Shown here: positions 1 through 34,501 of the stretch, piece after piece
How the letters are laid out: every line of letters starts with the position of its first letter
How positions within the stretch are numbered: position 1 is the first letter of the stretch
Assembly (NCBI RefSeq): GCF_009914755.1
Contig: NC_060926.1
Length of the DNA: 64,000 bases
Strand: one strand, 5' to 3'
Origin: the human T2T-CHM13v2.0 reference genome, Homo sapiens
Made by a program: the position numbers and the translations under genes
The notes under the pieces: generated by a model
Told to the model about the DNA's origin: nothing
The model's input: only the letters and a program-made list of their open reading frames with translations
The model's database searches: none

Positions 1-2190
<2,190 letters not shown>

Positions 2191-3087
2191 TTTACTTTGT
2201 ATTTTTTCTAGATTAGAAACTCGGTGCTATGCTGACTTCCTCATAATGTGTGAAACTTCCAAATAACTTTAAAATATAATAAAGTTACCATATGCCTACT
2301 TATAAATGCCATGTCCGCTACTATATATTTTAATAATTAGTTGCCTATATTTTTGTCCTGTTTTTCATTTAGTCATGTTATTTTAGGATTAATATGGAAA
2401 ATAGTTTATGTATGAAACTACAAGGATAAATTTTTTTACACATGAACTGGTTACCTCTTACTGATTTTTTTATGAAATGTGTTTGTTGCAGAAGTTTATA
2501 AATGATAGCACTGTGATATTTTTAAATTGTATTACCTTATTATTGAAATACAAAAGTGACTATATTGTTGATAAATATTAAAAATAACTTTAATCACCTG
2601 CATAGGAAAAACAAGAATATAATAAAAGTATTAAAAGCTATAGCTAAGTTTTAGAATTTTGTGCATTTTGTATGATTAATTTTTTTCAGTGAGCTTATTA
2701 GCTTTATTGCTTATCTTATTAAAAATGTGTTTTCATTATGATGAAAAAAGTAGATTCAGTATATTATACTTAAATTTCTGAAGGAGTCAAGCAGGTGAGG
2801 TAAGTACATGAGGTCAAGTAGACAATAAATTTTAACAGCTAATAAGCAATAGCTAGAATTAGGTCAAACTAGAACATATATATGTCATCTGTTGGGAGCA
2901 GACTATGCTGATTGCTGTGTAGAAATGGGGCACAGTGCCACATATTGTGATTTTTTTTTTTTTCCAAGAAAAATTTGTCTGGATTTTAGCTGTAGTTCAT
3001 ACTAAACAAATTTGCAGCAAACAAATCACCCACAGATTACTACTACACTGAAAATTTTGATTATATTCTAGTATTTTTAGGCAATTC

Positions 3088-6407
<3,320 letters not shown>

Positions 6408-6429
6408 TAGTAAGTTTTTTCAGTGTCTT

Positions 6430-8330
<1,901 letters not shown>

Positions 8331-8494
8331 GTTATAATAATTTTTAATAGATAATATATTCATGTGGTATAAAATTGAAAATATGAGGTTATAAAGTGAA
8401 AAATCTTAGCCCTCTTTTCCAGTTACCCATTTTCTCTCTCCCTAGATGCCTTTTTGTTAAGCAAATACATACTTGTAAAATTTAATTTAATTTT

Positions 8495-9765
<1,271 letters not shown>

Positions 9766-9974
9766 TATTTTCTTTTTCATTTAACAAAATAAGTTAACAT
9801 TTACAGATTTTAGGAAATAGTTCTCCCTATCTTGGAGACAGCAGTAAATGAACAGATTTCTCATTCTTTCTAATAGCTTTGTACTTTCTACAGGTATACA
9901 GTGGTATACCTGATTTATATTTATTAAATTATTTTGTATTATATATCAAATTATATATACATTTATCAAAGTAT

Positions 9975-10152
9975 TATAAATATTTATATTTATATAAATA
10001 CAGGTAAATATTTATATGTATATAAATACAGGTAAATATATTTATATAAATACAGGTAAATATATTTATATAAATACAGGTAAATATATTTATGTAAATA
10101 TAGGTAAATATTTATATTTATATAAATACAGGTTTATATTTCTATAACCTGT
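9975..10152. repeat. AT-rich minisatellite, 24/28-bp unit TATAAATACAGGTAAATATATTTA, ~6 copies
   Basis: YAGGT cores at 10001, 10029, 10053, 10077, 10101 and 10129. Confidence 0.92.
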
Positions 10153-11277
10153 TCCTCCTTTATGGACATTTAGGTTTACAGCCTTTTACTACTACAAATT
10201 ATGGTACATTGAATAACCTTGCACATATCTTATTTTGCGAATGTGTAAGGATGTACATAAAGTAAATTCCTAGAAGTGGAATTACTGAGTCAGAGAGTCT
10301 TAAATGCATTTGTAATATGGATATTTGTTGTCAAATTGGCAATCAAGTAATTCTATCAGTTTATCCCTTTACCAGCAGCAACAATAAATGAGGTCATTTT
10401 TTATTTTTGTCAATCCAATTGGTGAAAAAATGTTACGTTTGTAATTTTAATATGTAAGATTATGATTTCTCATAGATAGTATTTCATTTCATGGGGGTAT
10501 TTTTTAAGTAATTCTTACTACTGTACAATTATCTTTTTTCATGTGGCATTTAACACATTTTTTCATGTTATTTTAAAAAGCTTATTTTCTTAGGCAGTCC
10601 ATCACAAACTAATTTACTTAACTATTGTGTTAGACATTTAAGTTGTTTGTGCTTACTGTTATTTAAAAAAAAACCCAAGGACTATTTTATTTTAAATGGT
10701 TGCCTTTACAGATATTCCAGTACATAGAATTAGTAAAATGTTAAAAGGTACAATGAATATGAATATATTCAAGATTCTTGGCCTGTAATGCCAAGTTGCT
10801 TATCAAAACTGCTGGTGCCTTTTATGTTTTTTTTTGTTATTTCACTTTTTGTGAATTCTCTGCTCATATACCCTTAGGTGTCCTTTGAGCTTTAATTTGA
10901 TAGACGGACAGTGAAAGGTTTTGGTTGTCACAGTGACTGATATTTAATAGGGCAAGGGTTGCTTAAGGTTCTGCAGTGAGTTGGATAACCCTACTCAATG
11001 AATTGCCCTAGTGCCCCCATTCCTAAGCACTGCTTAAGAAAATTAATATTCTCAGCAACTATGACAATGTATTTTCCCCAATTTTTTTCTTTTTAATTTC
11101 ACATAGACAAATAGAAATAATTTTTTTCATAAGTTCAAATCTGTTTATCTCCATTATTTACTTCATTAGTGAATCTAAAAAGCTGTTTCATATCCAGGGT
11201 TCAGGTAAATATTCGCAAGTACTTTTCTTAGTTTCTATTTTGTGGGGAGGTACACATTTTGTGAGAGGAAAAAAAAA

Positions 11278-11592
<315 letters not shown>

Positions 11593-11604
11593 TAAACAGC
11601 AGCA

Positions 11605-11815
11605 CTAGTTGAGTACCTCTTACCCAAAATGCTTTGGACCATATTATTGCGGATTTCTGACTTTTTCAGATTTTGGAATGTTTGCAATATACTTACCAGT
11701 TAAACCTTCCAATTCTGAAAATCCAAAATGCTCCAATGAGCATTTCCTTTGGGTGTCTTTTTGGCACTCAGAAAATTTCAGATTTGGGGTTTTCAGATTT
11801 AGGATGCTCAATCAT
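11605..11815. mobile_element. Tigger4a/MER46-like DNA transposon MITE
   Basis: Termini gttgagtacc...ggatgctcaa and internal ccaaaatgctccaatgagcatttccttt. Confidence 0.7.
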
Positions 11816-12489
11816 GATGTAGTAATCATGACAGTGAGACACTTTAAAAATGTCATTGAAAAACAAAAACAAAAATAAGAAAAAAGAAAAAAATATATAA
11901 TTGAAGATTTAAATTACATGCTTACCTGAGTTTCTTTCATAAGTCTGCTGTATACAACCTAGGAAATGCAAAAACTAAAATAAAAATCACCTATAACTCA
12001 TTTACTTAGAGATAGACTCAATATTTTCATTTATTTCCTATTTTGTTTTACTGTGCAGATACAGTTTAAACTTTTATGAATTTTAAGTTGAAAAACTAAT
12101 ACATGAACATATTCTTATTGCAAAAATTCAAACCTTAATATGTAAAGCTGAAGGCCCCCAATGACTTCCATTCCTAGACTCAGTCCCTTTTGCAGAGATT
12201 CTGTGAGGAGTTTGGTATATATAGTATTTTCAAGATCTCTCTTTGTAGAAATAGGGTATTGTTTTATGGTGTTAAAAGAAATACTTATGTACAATTTACT
12301 TTTTTGTTTCTTTTGAACTAAACAGTAGGTTTCTTGGCTTGTGTTACAATGAAACTGCCATATAGTATTAAATAGCATTTTATACCGTAATTTGTTCAGT
12401 TTCTCCCCATTGTAAGATATTTTGAGTGTTTCCATTTTTTTGTTGTTGTTACTGCAATTTTACATTCTCACTTATGCCTATCCTCTCAC

Positions 12490-14310
<1,821 letters not shown>

Positions 14311-14804
14311 TTAATTATTTTTAATAAAGTAAATTTTTATTGAAATATAACATAGCGTACATAGCATATGAAACTGTCATTTTTAGAGTCCATCATTTTG
14401 GATACTATTTACACTTAGTGCCTTTGTTTCTTCTACGGGTAAGTATCATCTTCCACCAAGTATTACGATTCAGCATTTTAAGTCCTTAAAATAAAATGCC
14501 TTATCAAAATAATGTCTGTTAAATAATAGCTTTCTGTTATGGAAATAAAGCTGTTACACAGAGTATCTCTTTGGTATTTTTTGTGTCTATACCAGCATAT
14601 CAGTAAAGGCTGTTGCTCAGAATCAGCAAGTACCCTCATATGTAAAATTGAATGTGCTTTTACTCAAAATGTAAATCTACCACATATACTATTTAACAAT
14701 AGTTAAATAGTATATTAACTATATACTATTCTTTTTCTTCTTACATGATTTTTGCTTCTTAAAAATCTCACATTTTAATCAGAACTCTCATTTTTGTTTT
14801 CTAG

Positions 14805-14857
14805 GAGCACAGGGATCAGTTGTCCTTGTTTTTTTTTGGTCTTTTCTTCATTTGAAG
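14805..14857 (+). other. PPIG: PPIG non-coding 5'UTR exon (53 nt)
   Basis: Pyrimidine tract + ctAG acceptor at 14791-14804 and GAAG|GTAATC donor at 14858; lies 331 nt upstream of the ATG exon; contains no ATG. Confidence 0.8.
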
Positions 14858-15204
14858 GTAATCTGCTTATTGAGTTCACTAATCATACAGAGTAAATACA
14901 ATTTTCTGTTTGAGCTATTAATCTGTATTCCGGTTGATAAATAGAAAGTTGATTACATAATAATGGTTAAGGCTTAACTTTCAAGTCTTTTCTAATTGCT
15001 TCACAAAATGCAATCTAATCTCTAAAAAGAAAGCACTAATAATCCATGTGATTTACCTCATAGAAATAAATATCAAAATAAATTCAAACTATATTTCTAA
15101 TATTGTTTCACAGAATTTTTTTTCCAGAAATTTGTGAAAGATCTTTGCTATTTTAGTCTGCTTGTCTGAAACTGTATTTTACTCACAGATTAAGTATTGG
15201 AGCC

Positions 15205-15265
15205 ATGGGAATAAAGGTTCAACGTCCTCGATGTTTTTTTGACATTGCCATTAACAATCAACCTG
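15205..15265 (+). CDS. PPIG: PPIG first coding exon (exon starts at 15189, 16 nt of UTR): MGIKVQRPRCFFDIAINNQP
   Basis: cacAG acceptor ending 15188, Kozak GCCATGG, cyclophilin N-terminal FFDI motif, GTAAG donor at 15266. Confidence 0.97.
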
Positions 15266-15349
15266 GTAAGAATATTAGTTGACATTTATAAATGGGTGTT
15301 TAATATTTTAAATTAGTAAAGAAGTTTAACCAACTACCTTCTTTTTCAG

Positions 15350-15424
15350 CTGGAAGAGTTGTCTTTGAATTATTTTCTGATGTGTGCCCCAAAACATGCG
15401 AGAACTTTCGTTGTCTTTGTACAG
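15350..15424 (+). CDS. PPIG: PPIG coding exon (75 nt): [25 protein letters not shown]
   Basis: tttttcAG acceptor and GTTTGT donor; cyclophilin PKTxENFRxLCT motif; preceding intron is 84 nt. Confidence 0.97.
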
Positions 15425-15490
15425 GTTTGTTCACATTTTCAACTGCCCTAATAGTAGTCTCAGTTGACTATGGCTTGCTTGCTTGCTTGG

Positions 15491-16972
<1,482 letters not shown>

Positions 16973-17202
16973 CTAAAACCAAACATTAGTTGTAAAGGTA
17001 TATTATTTGAGAGTGATTTCTACATTCTCCAGAAATAACGTGGGTGATTTTTTAAATGAATTTTTAAAAAAAAATTCCTGAAAGGAATGAAAATATGATT
17101 TTAAGTCTGCAGGGTTCAAGAGGGGCATATTTTACATTTATTTTGCTTTCATACTACTTTGATTTCCTTTCTATTAAATGTCCTATTTTTTTATCTCTAT
17201 AG

Positions 17203-17310
17203 GTGAAAAGGGGACCGGGAAATCAACTCAGAAACCATTACATTATAAGAGTTGTCTCTTTCACAGAGTTGTCAAGGATTTTATGGTTCAAGGTGGTGAC
17301 TTCAGTGAAG
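17203..17310 (+). CDS. PPIG: PPIG coding exon (108 nt): [36 protein letters not shown]
   Basis: AG/GTGAGA boundaries; catalytic [12 protein letters not shown] cyclophilin motif; overlaps ORF 17178-17369. Confidence 0.98.
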
Positions 17311-17476
17311 GTGAGACTTGGAAAAATCATGTATTATTTTCTGTTAAATATCACAGATCTCAAAGTTAGACAAGTCCCTAGAAGTTTTAGTCCAATATTC
17401 TTGTCACTCTCACTCCATTTAATCTTTGGTCAATTAGAAGTACTCATAGAAATATGTAAAAGAAGGAAGCTCATAG

Positions 17477-17880
<404 letters not shown>

Positions 17881-18278
17881 TCAAGTGTTTCTGTTTGATT
17901 TTGTCACAAGTGGTAATCCTTACTACAATAAAAATTTTTACTTTTTTATTGTAAAAATATCAAAACTATAGTTTTAAAAAACTTTGAAAAAATGTTAACC
18001 TGTTGCAAGACCTGCATAATCATAATTAGAATCTGAAAGTTCTTTTTTAAAATATATTTTAATAGTCTTCGTCACATTCTTGCTATCATAGCATAGGGGA
18101 AAGAAAGTAATTTGGGACCTTGTCGTTATTGACATTAATATCTTTTATGATTTGCTGCAATCTTCGAATATTGTTAATTCAAAATTATTCAAAAATCTAC
18201 TTTACAAGAAGTATTTTGTTTAGGTATCACCTTTGAGGAGCTTACTGAGAGTTATAAGAGTATGTTTTTCATTTTTAG

Positions 18279-18323
18279 GAAATGGACGAGGAGGGGAATC
18301 TATCTATGGAGGATTTTTTGAAG
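18279..18323 (+). CDS. PPIG: PPIG coding exon (45 nt): GNGRGGESIYGGFFE
   Basis: tttttAG acceptor and GTAAAA donor; NGxGGxSIYG motif; phase matches both neighbours. Confidence 0.97.
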
Positions 18324-19383
18324 GTAAAAATGTTTACATTTATGTTATGTTTTAAATATTTTGTCTTTTATTCTATTTTATTCTCTATGGAATCAATAAC
18401 ATTATTCATTAAAGGGTATACTAATGTCTAGCTGCCTTCAACTAATCTGAAGGTTAATTTTCTGGTAAAAAAAATTGCTTTTTATACAGATGGGTATTTT
18501 TTCTTCTTAGGACATTTTTACAACATGATTTGAAAGGGTTTCAATGATCTGTACTTAATTCTTAGAATTTTAATGATAGAATAGGAACTTCCGTAGGTCA
18601 ATCTTAACTTTTATTAAAGGAGATTCAGCAATATTTCTTACAACATCCAAATTTTAGGTCATTTTTTCTATGAACATTTTTAAAAAATCTTTGATATTCT
18701 AAAATTTGACTATAATATTTTCCAAAAATTTAAGTTTTCTTGCTGGAATTTTTTTGTTGATGTGAAGACCATTTGGAAAATGGTCTATAAGCATATTTAA
18801 TGTGGAAATAATTTAATATTTTTCATCCTTCACTTTTGACATTTAGTGAAATGTTGTTTAAAATTCTACATGATTTGTTCTTAATATTCTAACCCAAGAT
18901 TGGAAAACAAATTCCTCCTTTTGCGGTAAGTGATGCTATGGCAGAGGTTAAGTTAATGAGTCCAGACTAAATAATACTCTGTGTGCTCAGAAATGAAACA
19001 GATGAAATGTAAAAGAATCTAATCTGGACTGTCTCACTCTTTTTTTTAAGAGATGGGATCTCACTGTGTTGCCCGGGCTGGAATGCAGTGGCTTTTCATG
19101 GGTGTGATCATAGTGCACTTTAGGTTCAAGCTCCTGAGCTCCAGTGATCCTCCTGCTTCAACCTGCTGAGTAGCTAGGACTACAGCCACACTACTGTGCT
19201 CAGCTGTTTCTTGCTTTTTAAAGATAGTTTCATTTTTTTATTTAAATAAAGTGGTGTTATCTTTTCCAAAAATTGTGAAGGACAAATATAAATGGAAAGG
19301 AAGGGGATTGAGATAATATTTGGGTTTTATAAGCAAATAATAGAAAATTAATAATATTTGAATCTTAAAAAGATGAGAGGGGA

Positions 19384-20275
<892 letters not shown>

Positions 20276-22098
20276 TCCCGTTTTTGGTCTGTCATTTCTC
20301 TGTGTGCCTGCCATTGATTACTAATAAATAGGAGAGGAATCTATGAGGGACGGAATTGTTGAAGGAAGGGGAACAAATAATTGATTTTTTTGTTGTTGTT
20401 TTTGAGACAAGGTCTTGCTCTGTCACCCAGGCGAGTGCAGTGGTGCAATCATGGCTCACCACAGCCTCGACCTCCCTGGCTCAAGCAATCCTCTACACCT
20501 CAGCCTTTCAAGTAGATGGGACTACAGGTGTGTGCCACCACACCTGGCTAATTTTTTAATTTTTTTGTAGAGACGGGGTCTCCCTGTGTTGCCCAGGCTG
20601 GACTCCAGGCTGGGATTACACATGTGAGCTATGGCACCTGGCCAAAATTGTTGAAGAGGGAAAATTGTTATAGAGGGGAAGTTAAATTGTTCTGCTAATG
20701 TTTTGAAATAATGGAGACTTGTCAAGAGAACACAGGAGCCAGGTTAAAGGTTTCCCACTAGCCAAATTAGGATAATTTCAGCATCAAAATAAGTAACAGT
20801 AATATCAGTTTATGGTCAAATAGGAACCAGCAGTCTACACTGATATAAATAAATGATTAAATAATGAGAGAGAAGGGAAGCTGTTCCCTTATTAGAATGT
20901 CAACTAATAAATTTAAACGGAATGGTGGAGTTAGAAAAGTCACCATTTTGTAATCATCACAGTAATGACTGACCCAGGCAAGAATCTTCTATTGATGCTA
21001 AATTTAGAGGGGTGATTTCAGTGAGAAACTAGATGTTTACAGAGTATTTCTCCGTAAATTACTTAATTACAAAGAATAAAATGCAGTCAGTTCTCACTAT
21101 TCATAGATTCTGTATTTGTGAATTCACCTTCTCACTAAAATTTATTTGTAACCTCCAAATGCTAAGGATTTCCAATTCCAACTACAAAAAATATTATGAC
21201 CAGGCCTGTTGTCAGTAATGCCTGTTTTTAAAATCCTATCTTATGGGTATAGGTTTGTTCTGTTCGGTAGCCTTGAAATCTCTTGTTCTGTGAGGAATTT
21301 AATCTGTCAGTACCATGTGGATTATTCTGTCATTTCCCTATTCTGTATTTGTTAACTGTTCAACAGTGAGAAATCTGGCGCCTGATTATCTTCAACATTT
21401 CTGTTCTTTATTGATTCCTAGAATGAACAGTTGCCATCCCATACTGCTGTAAAGAAAGACCAACTAACTAGAGTTCACTATTTCTTTATCCTTATTTTCG
21501 TTTTTAGACTGAGTGTAGGTAGTTAAACACCAAGTTTAAAAGTGACTTAAATTAGTTCTTTTTTGGTTTGGCTTTGTGATTCACTCAAAATGTGTTAGGT
21601 TTATTCCTTTCTGGTTATATTTCATTTTGTTCTCCTTCCTACCTAGTTTTGATATTTTTTTTTTTGCATTTTTTTAAGTTTATGAAATAGTAACATTTCC
21701 AAAGTCAAAACAAAAAGAATACTGTGAAGTGTCTCTCCCACCCAACCCTTCCACTCCATTCCCATTTCCTTTTTTTTTTCACCCCAGTTCCATCTATACA
21801 TGTTAATAACCAACCTAATTTCCAGTTTATCTTCCTGTATTTCTGTTTGTAAACATAAGCAAATACATGTATACATTTTCTCACTTTCCCTTTCTTACAC
21901 CGTAGATGGCATACCATGTATACTGTTTCACTCTTCACTTAACAGTATATCCTTAAAATACTCCATAACAGTTTATAGAGATCATTCTTATTCTTTTTTG
22001 CAGCTGCATAGTACTCTATTGTTTGTGTATACCATAGTTTATTCAACCAATTGCACATAATGTGGATCTCTGATTTTCTTTTTAAACAAAACAACTTA

Positions 22099-25130
<3,032 letters not shown>

Positions 25131-25640
25131 CTTGTAAACACGATATGAACCATTTCTGTTCAAGTCCAACAGTATATGTCTGAGGATCATAAGAATATAG
25201 CCCGTGCTTAACTGTTTAAAATGTTAAGATTGAAAAGCATTATTGTTAAACTCAAACACTGGTGGAATTGTTTCATAAATTTTGATATGTCTACATGTAG
25301 AACATTATACAATTATGACTATTCAGTAAGAACTCAAGTGCAAGAAACATGAATGGTTAGAAATAACACTGAAATGTCTATTTTAGTTACATAAAAGTTT
25401 TCAGCAGTAAGTAGATATTGCTTTTATAATTAGAACAAGTTTGATAAATACATTATGTGGAAAGCATTTTGCCTTCTGTTCTACTTAAGATTGAGGTAAT
25501 ATGATTATATTAAGATAGCAGTTGATGTCTTTGTTTTCAACTTTGTTTCCAATACAGTTATTTTCTTTTTCTTTTTAGAGATGCTAACTTTGTTTTTCTC
25601 TGACTTTGTTTTTATTCTTCTATCTGATGATTTCCAAAAG

Positions 25641-25670
25641 AACAACGAAACCAACTCCTCATTTAGATGG
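25641..25670 (+). CDS. PPIG: PPIG 30-nt microexon: TTKPTPHLDG
   Basis: Long upstream pyrimidine tract, aaAG acceptor, GTAAAT donor; supplies the LDG motif in frame. Confidence 0.95.
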
Positions 25671-25761
25671 GTAAATATTATTTTATTTATTTTACAACCT
25701 GTTTTAAATTAACCTTGAAATAAAAAGCTTTTATTTAATAATTTTTTACTTGACACTTTAG

Positions 25762-25901
25762 GCATCATGTTGTTTTTGGACAAGTAATCTCTGGTCAAGA
25801 AGTTGTAAGAGAGATTGAAAACCAGAAAACAGATGCAGCTAGCAAACCGTTTGCGGAGGTACGGATACTCAGTTGTGGAGAGCTGATTCCCAAATCTAAA
25901 G
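25762..25901 (+). CDS. PPIG: PPIG coding exon (140 nt): HHVVFGQVISGQEVVREIENQKTDAASKPFAEVRILSCGELIPKSK
   Basis: tttAG acceptor and GTAAAA donor; HVVFG and CGEL motifs end the cyclophilin domain; preceding intron is 91 nt. Confidence 0.97.
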
Positions 25902-26034
25902 GTAAAAAGGAAGTACATATTTCTGAGAATACTTACACATACAAAATAAGCAGAGATACTCTAAATAGTTGACATGAAATTCATACTCAAGCTGAAAGAA
26001 AAATGAGGTTTTTGTTTTAAAATGTATTTCTGTG

Positions 26035-30806
<4,772 letters not shown>

Positions 30807-30822
30807 TTCTGTTTTTGATTTT

Positions 30823-31545
30823 TTGAGGAGACTTCATTCGGTTTTCTAATAATGGCTGTACCGATTTACATTCCCACCAACAGTTTACAAGAGTGTCCTT
30901 TTCTTCACATCCTCTCCCTTGTTTTCTTTTTTTTTTATAATAGCCATTGTAACAGGTGTGAAGTGCTATCTCAGTGTAGTTTTAATTTGCATTCCTTTGA
31001 TGTTTAGTGACATTGAGCATTTTTGCCATATACCTGTTGGCCATTTGTATGTCTTCGTTTGAGAAATATCTCTTCAGATTCTTTTCCCATTTTTAAATCA
31101 GGTTGTTTTCTTGCTGATGAGTTGTTTGCATTCCTTATATATTTTGGATATTAACCCATTGTCAGATGTATGGTTTGCAAATATTTTCTCCCATTCCAGA
31201 GGTTGTATCTTCACTCTGTTGATTGTTTCTTTGGCTGTGCAGAACCCTGTTAGTTTGATGTTATCCCATTTGTCTTATTTTTGCTTTTTGTTGCCTGTGG
31301 TTTTGGGGTCATATCCAGAAAAATCATTGCCCAAACCAATGTCGTGGAGCTTTTTCCGTGTGTTTTCTTTTAGTGGTTTTACAGTTGCAAGTCTTATGTT
31401 TAAGTCATTAAACCATTTTTAGTTGATTTTTATATGCATTATAAGGGTCTGATTTTATTTTTTTACATGTGGATATCTAGTTGTTCCAACACCGTTTATT
31501 GAAGAGACTGTCCTTTCCCCATTGTGTGTTCTTGGCAATTTTGTT
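30823..31545 (-). mobile_element. Continuation of the older L1M element after the L1PA insertion
   Basis: Resumes at ttttgagg...aatggctgtac...cattcccaccaacag; L1 ORF2 3' homology. Confidence 0.8.
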
Positions 31546-32932
31546 TTTTTAACTGTTTTATCCTACTTCTCATTTTCTTCATTTACCATGAAGTCAGTTA
31601 ACTTTTTCTGATTATTAATTTGCAATAATTTGCCCTTTTGCTTCCACTGAGTTTTTGTTGTTGTTGTTTTTTGTTTGTTTTTTAACTGTAGTTGTCTGAA
31701 TAACCTAGTAAATAAATACTCTGGAGGAAGAGACTCTGGGGCTAGATGGCAATTCAAGAGAGGAAGATAGATTAGGAAACTTTAAGGGAATAAATTATTT
31801 TTTCTTTAAGCACTACTTAGATTCAGAAGCATCCAACATGTTTGAGAAACTTCTTTTATTTAGACGAGACCATTTGATGCTGACATGACTAATTTGATAT
31901 ATTGTCTGAAATGGTAAGAACTTTAAATATTTTAAGTCTTTATATTTGAAATATGTGGCTGATACTATTTTATTACAGATAATGGGCTTGACATTCTAAA
32001 AGTAATGGAGTGAGATTACCTTCAAACCTGTATAGAAAGTAGTAAAACCTTAAACTGACTCTGTTCTTACTAATCTAGGGAATAATAATATCAGTAATTA
32101 GTTTCTTAGAGTTAGCACATGTGAGAGTCATCTGTAATGCTTTCTGATTCTCACAGTAACTCTATAGTATTACATATCCCTATTTTACAGACAAAGATAG
32201 TCAAGAAGATTAAGTTCTTTACTGTGTCAGGAAAAGAGACCTCAAACCCAAGTTCGAGAATTAGAACTTTTTCTGTTATATGTTACTGACTCATTAAAGT
32301 TTAAATGTCCTTAAAATTTCTTAAGAATTGCCCTAAGTAGATGATTCTCATCTCACCTTCTAGGTACACTGATTTCCTCTATAATATTTAGAAACAGGTA
32401 CATTTTGTTTTGTTTTAATTTTAAAACATCCGAGATGGGCATGGAGAAGGCAAAATGATTATTTAAAAAAATTTTTTTTGTCTGCATTCCATTTTGAGTC
32501 TGCTAATTTTATTTTCTTCCATGTGATGTCAAATAAATATTCACAGGTAAGTTATTGCAATAAATTATTGCAGATGTATGCTTCAGCTCATGGGATTTCT
32601 TGATGTACATGAGACTGGCTATCCTTATTTACAAACAACAGGTGTAATGTATGCCTTTTTTCTTGAAGATTCAGTAAAAAACAAGATGTTGAGAATCTTT
32701 GAGTAATATTCTACAAATCCAATTATTTACATTAAAAAATACTAAAAATAAAAAAAATCTGTAATGATGTTTGTTACTCTAAACCCTGAACCTACTGATG
32801 TTTAAACTTTAGAGTGTTTTTAGTACAGTAGGAATATTTTAGGTTAAGGCATTATTCTTCCCAAGTCATCTAGAAAATCTTCATCATTTATTCTCTACTT
32901 GACAACTAATTTTTTTTTTTTTTAATATTTTA

Positions 32933-33450
<518 letters not shown>

Positions 33451-34501
33451 GTTTGCATTTTAAACCATAAACAGTAGTCATAGACTCTCTAATAAATTTG
33501 TTGTAAAGATTCTTTTGGTACTAAAAGGGCAGTACTTGAATATTTGCCTAAAGGAGGAAGTAAATGAATGTAGCTCTTTATATATTACTTACATCTTTAT
33601 AATGCATTGTCATCTGAAGAAATAAATGATGGTTTTGCCCATGCCATTGGGGCCAGGAAGTTGTGCTAAAAGTTGATGTAACATCCAACTGTATGTCCCT
33701 CAAACTCATGCTAACCTAGCATACCTTGCCCTTATCAGTTTCAGCAATCTGAGATTTGGCCCTTTATTAATATGTATCTGCCCAGGAGTTTCTAAAAGGT
33801 CAGATTTGTTTTGAGCCAGACTTCCAATGGCTACTCTGTTCTGAATCACACTGTGAAAAGAGGAAAAGATCTTTAGTTTGAAAACACACACTTGGGCCCC
33901 TGTTATTCCATAATCCTTCAGTTACCATTCAGAACATTGGTCAGAGTAGATTTTGTCATGCATCTTATATATAAGCAGAGCTATATCTTACATCCACTTA
34001 GTAAGTTTGATGGCCTTCTTAATTAATTGGGAACAGTCAAAAAGCATTGTAACACTGTGGTATTTATCATCATTATATTTAAAACCTTGTATGAGAGATT
34101 TACACCTGTTTTTTTTAACTTCCTGAAAGAAAACAAAAAGACTTCTGAAGAAATCTGACAGTCTTGGTCCATCTATATGTGTTCTTGGTGAGTCTGGGCA
34201 ATCAATCTTCCTGGGCCTTTCTCTCTTTGCAATTTTGAGATTGGAGATCCTTCTTTTTGTGACTATTTGAGTGTGCCAGAGAAAATTCAAAGTCAAGGAG
34301 AAAAACCTTCCAGCAGATGCAGAGATGGAACACTGGAAGCTAATAAAAGCTGCATCCCCTGTAGAGGCTCAGCAAAGGGCTGTCAAAAGTCAGAGTGGAG
34401 GATAGAACACAGACCAGTACCTTGATTAAGATATTTCCTAGTTTTTCAGGAGCTGACGTGACCTCAGATCATGCTGTTCAATTCAGAGTTCACTGCAGTT
34501 G

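Noticed and set aside
9975-10152. Minisatellite as a CRISPR-like array
   Set aside because: Units are contiguous with no unique spacers
32544-32552. Perfect CAG|GTAAGT donor or possible recursive site
   Set aside because: No convincing pyrimidine tract directly upstream and no good paired acceptor; expected occasionally by chance
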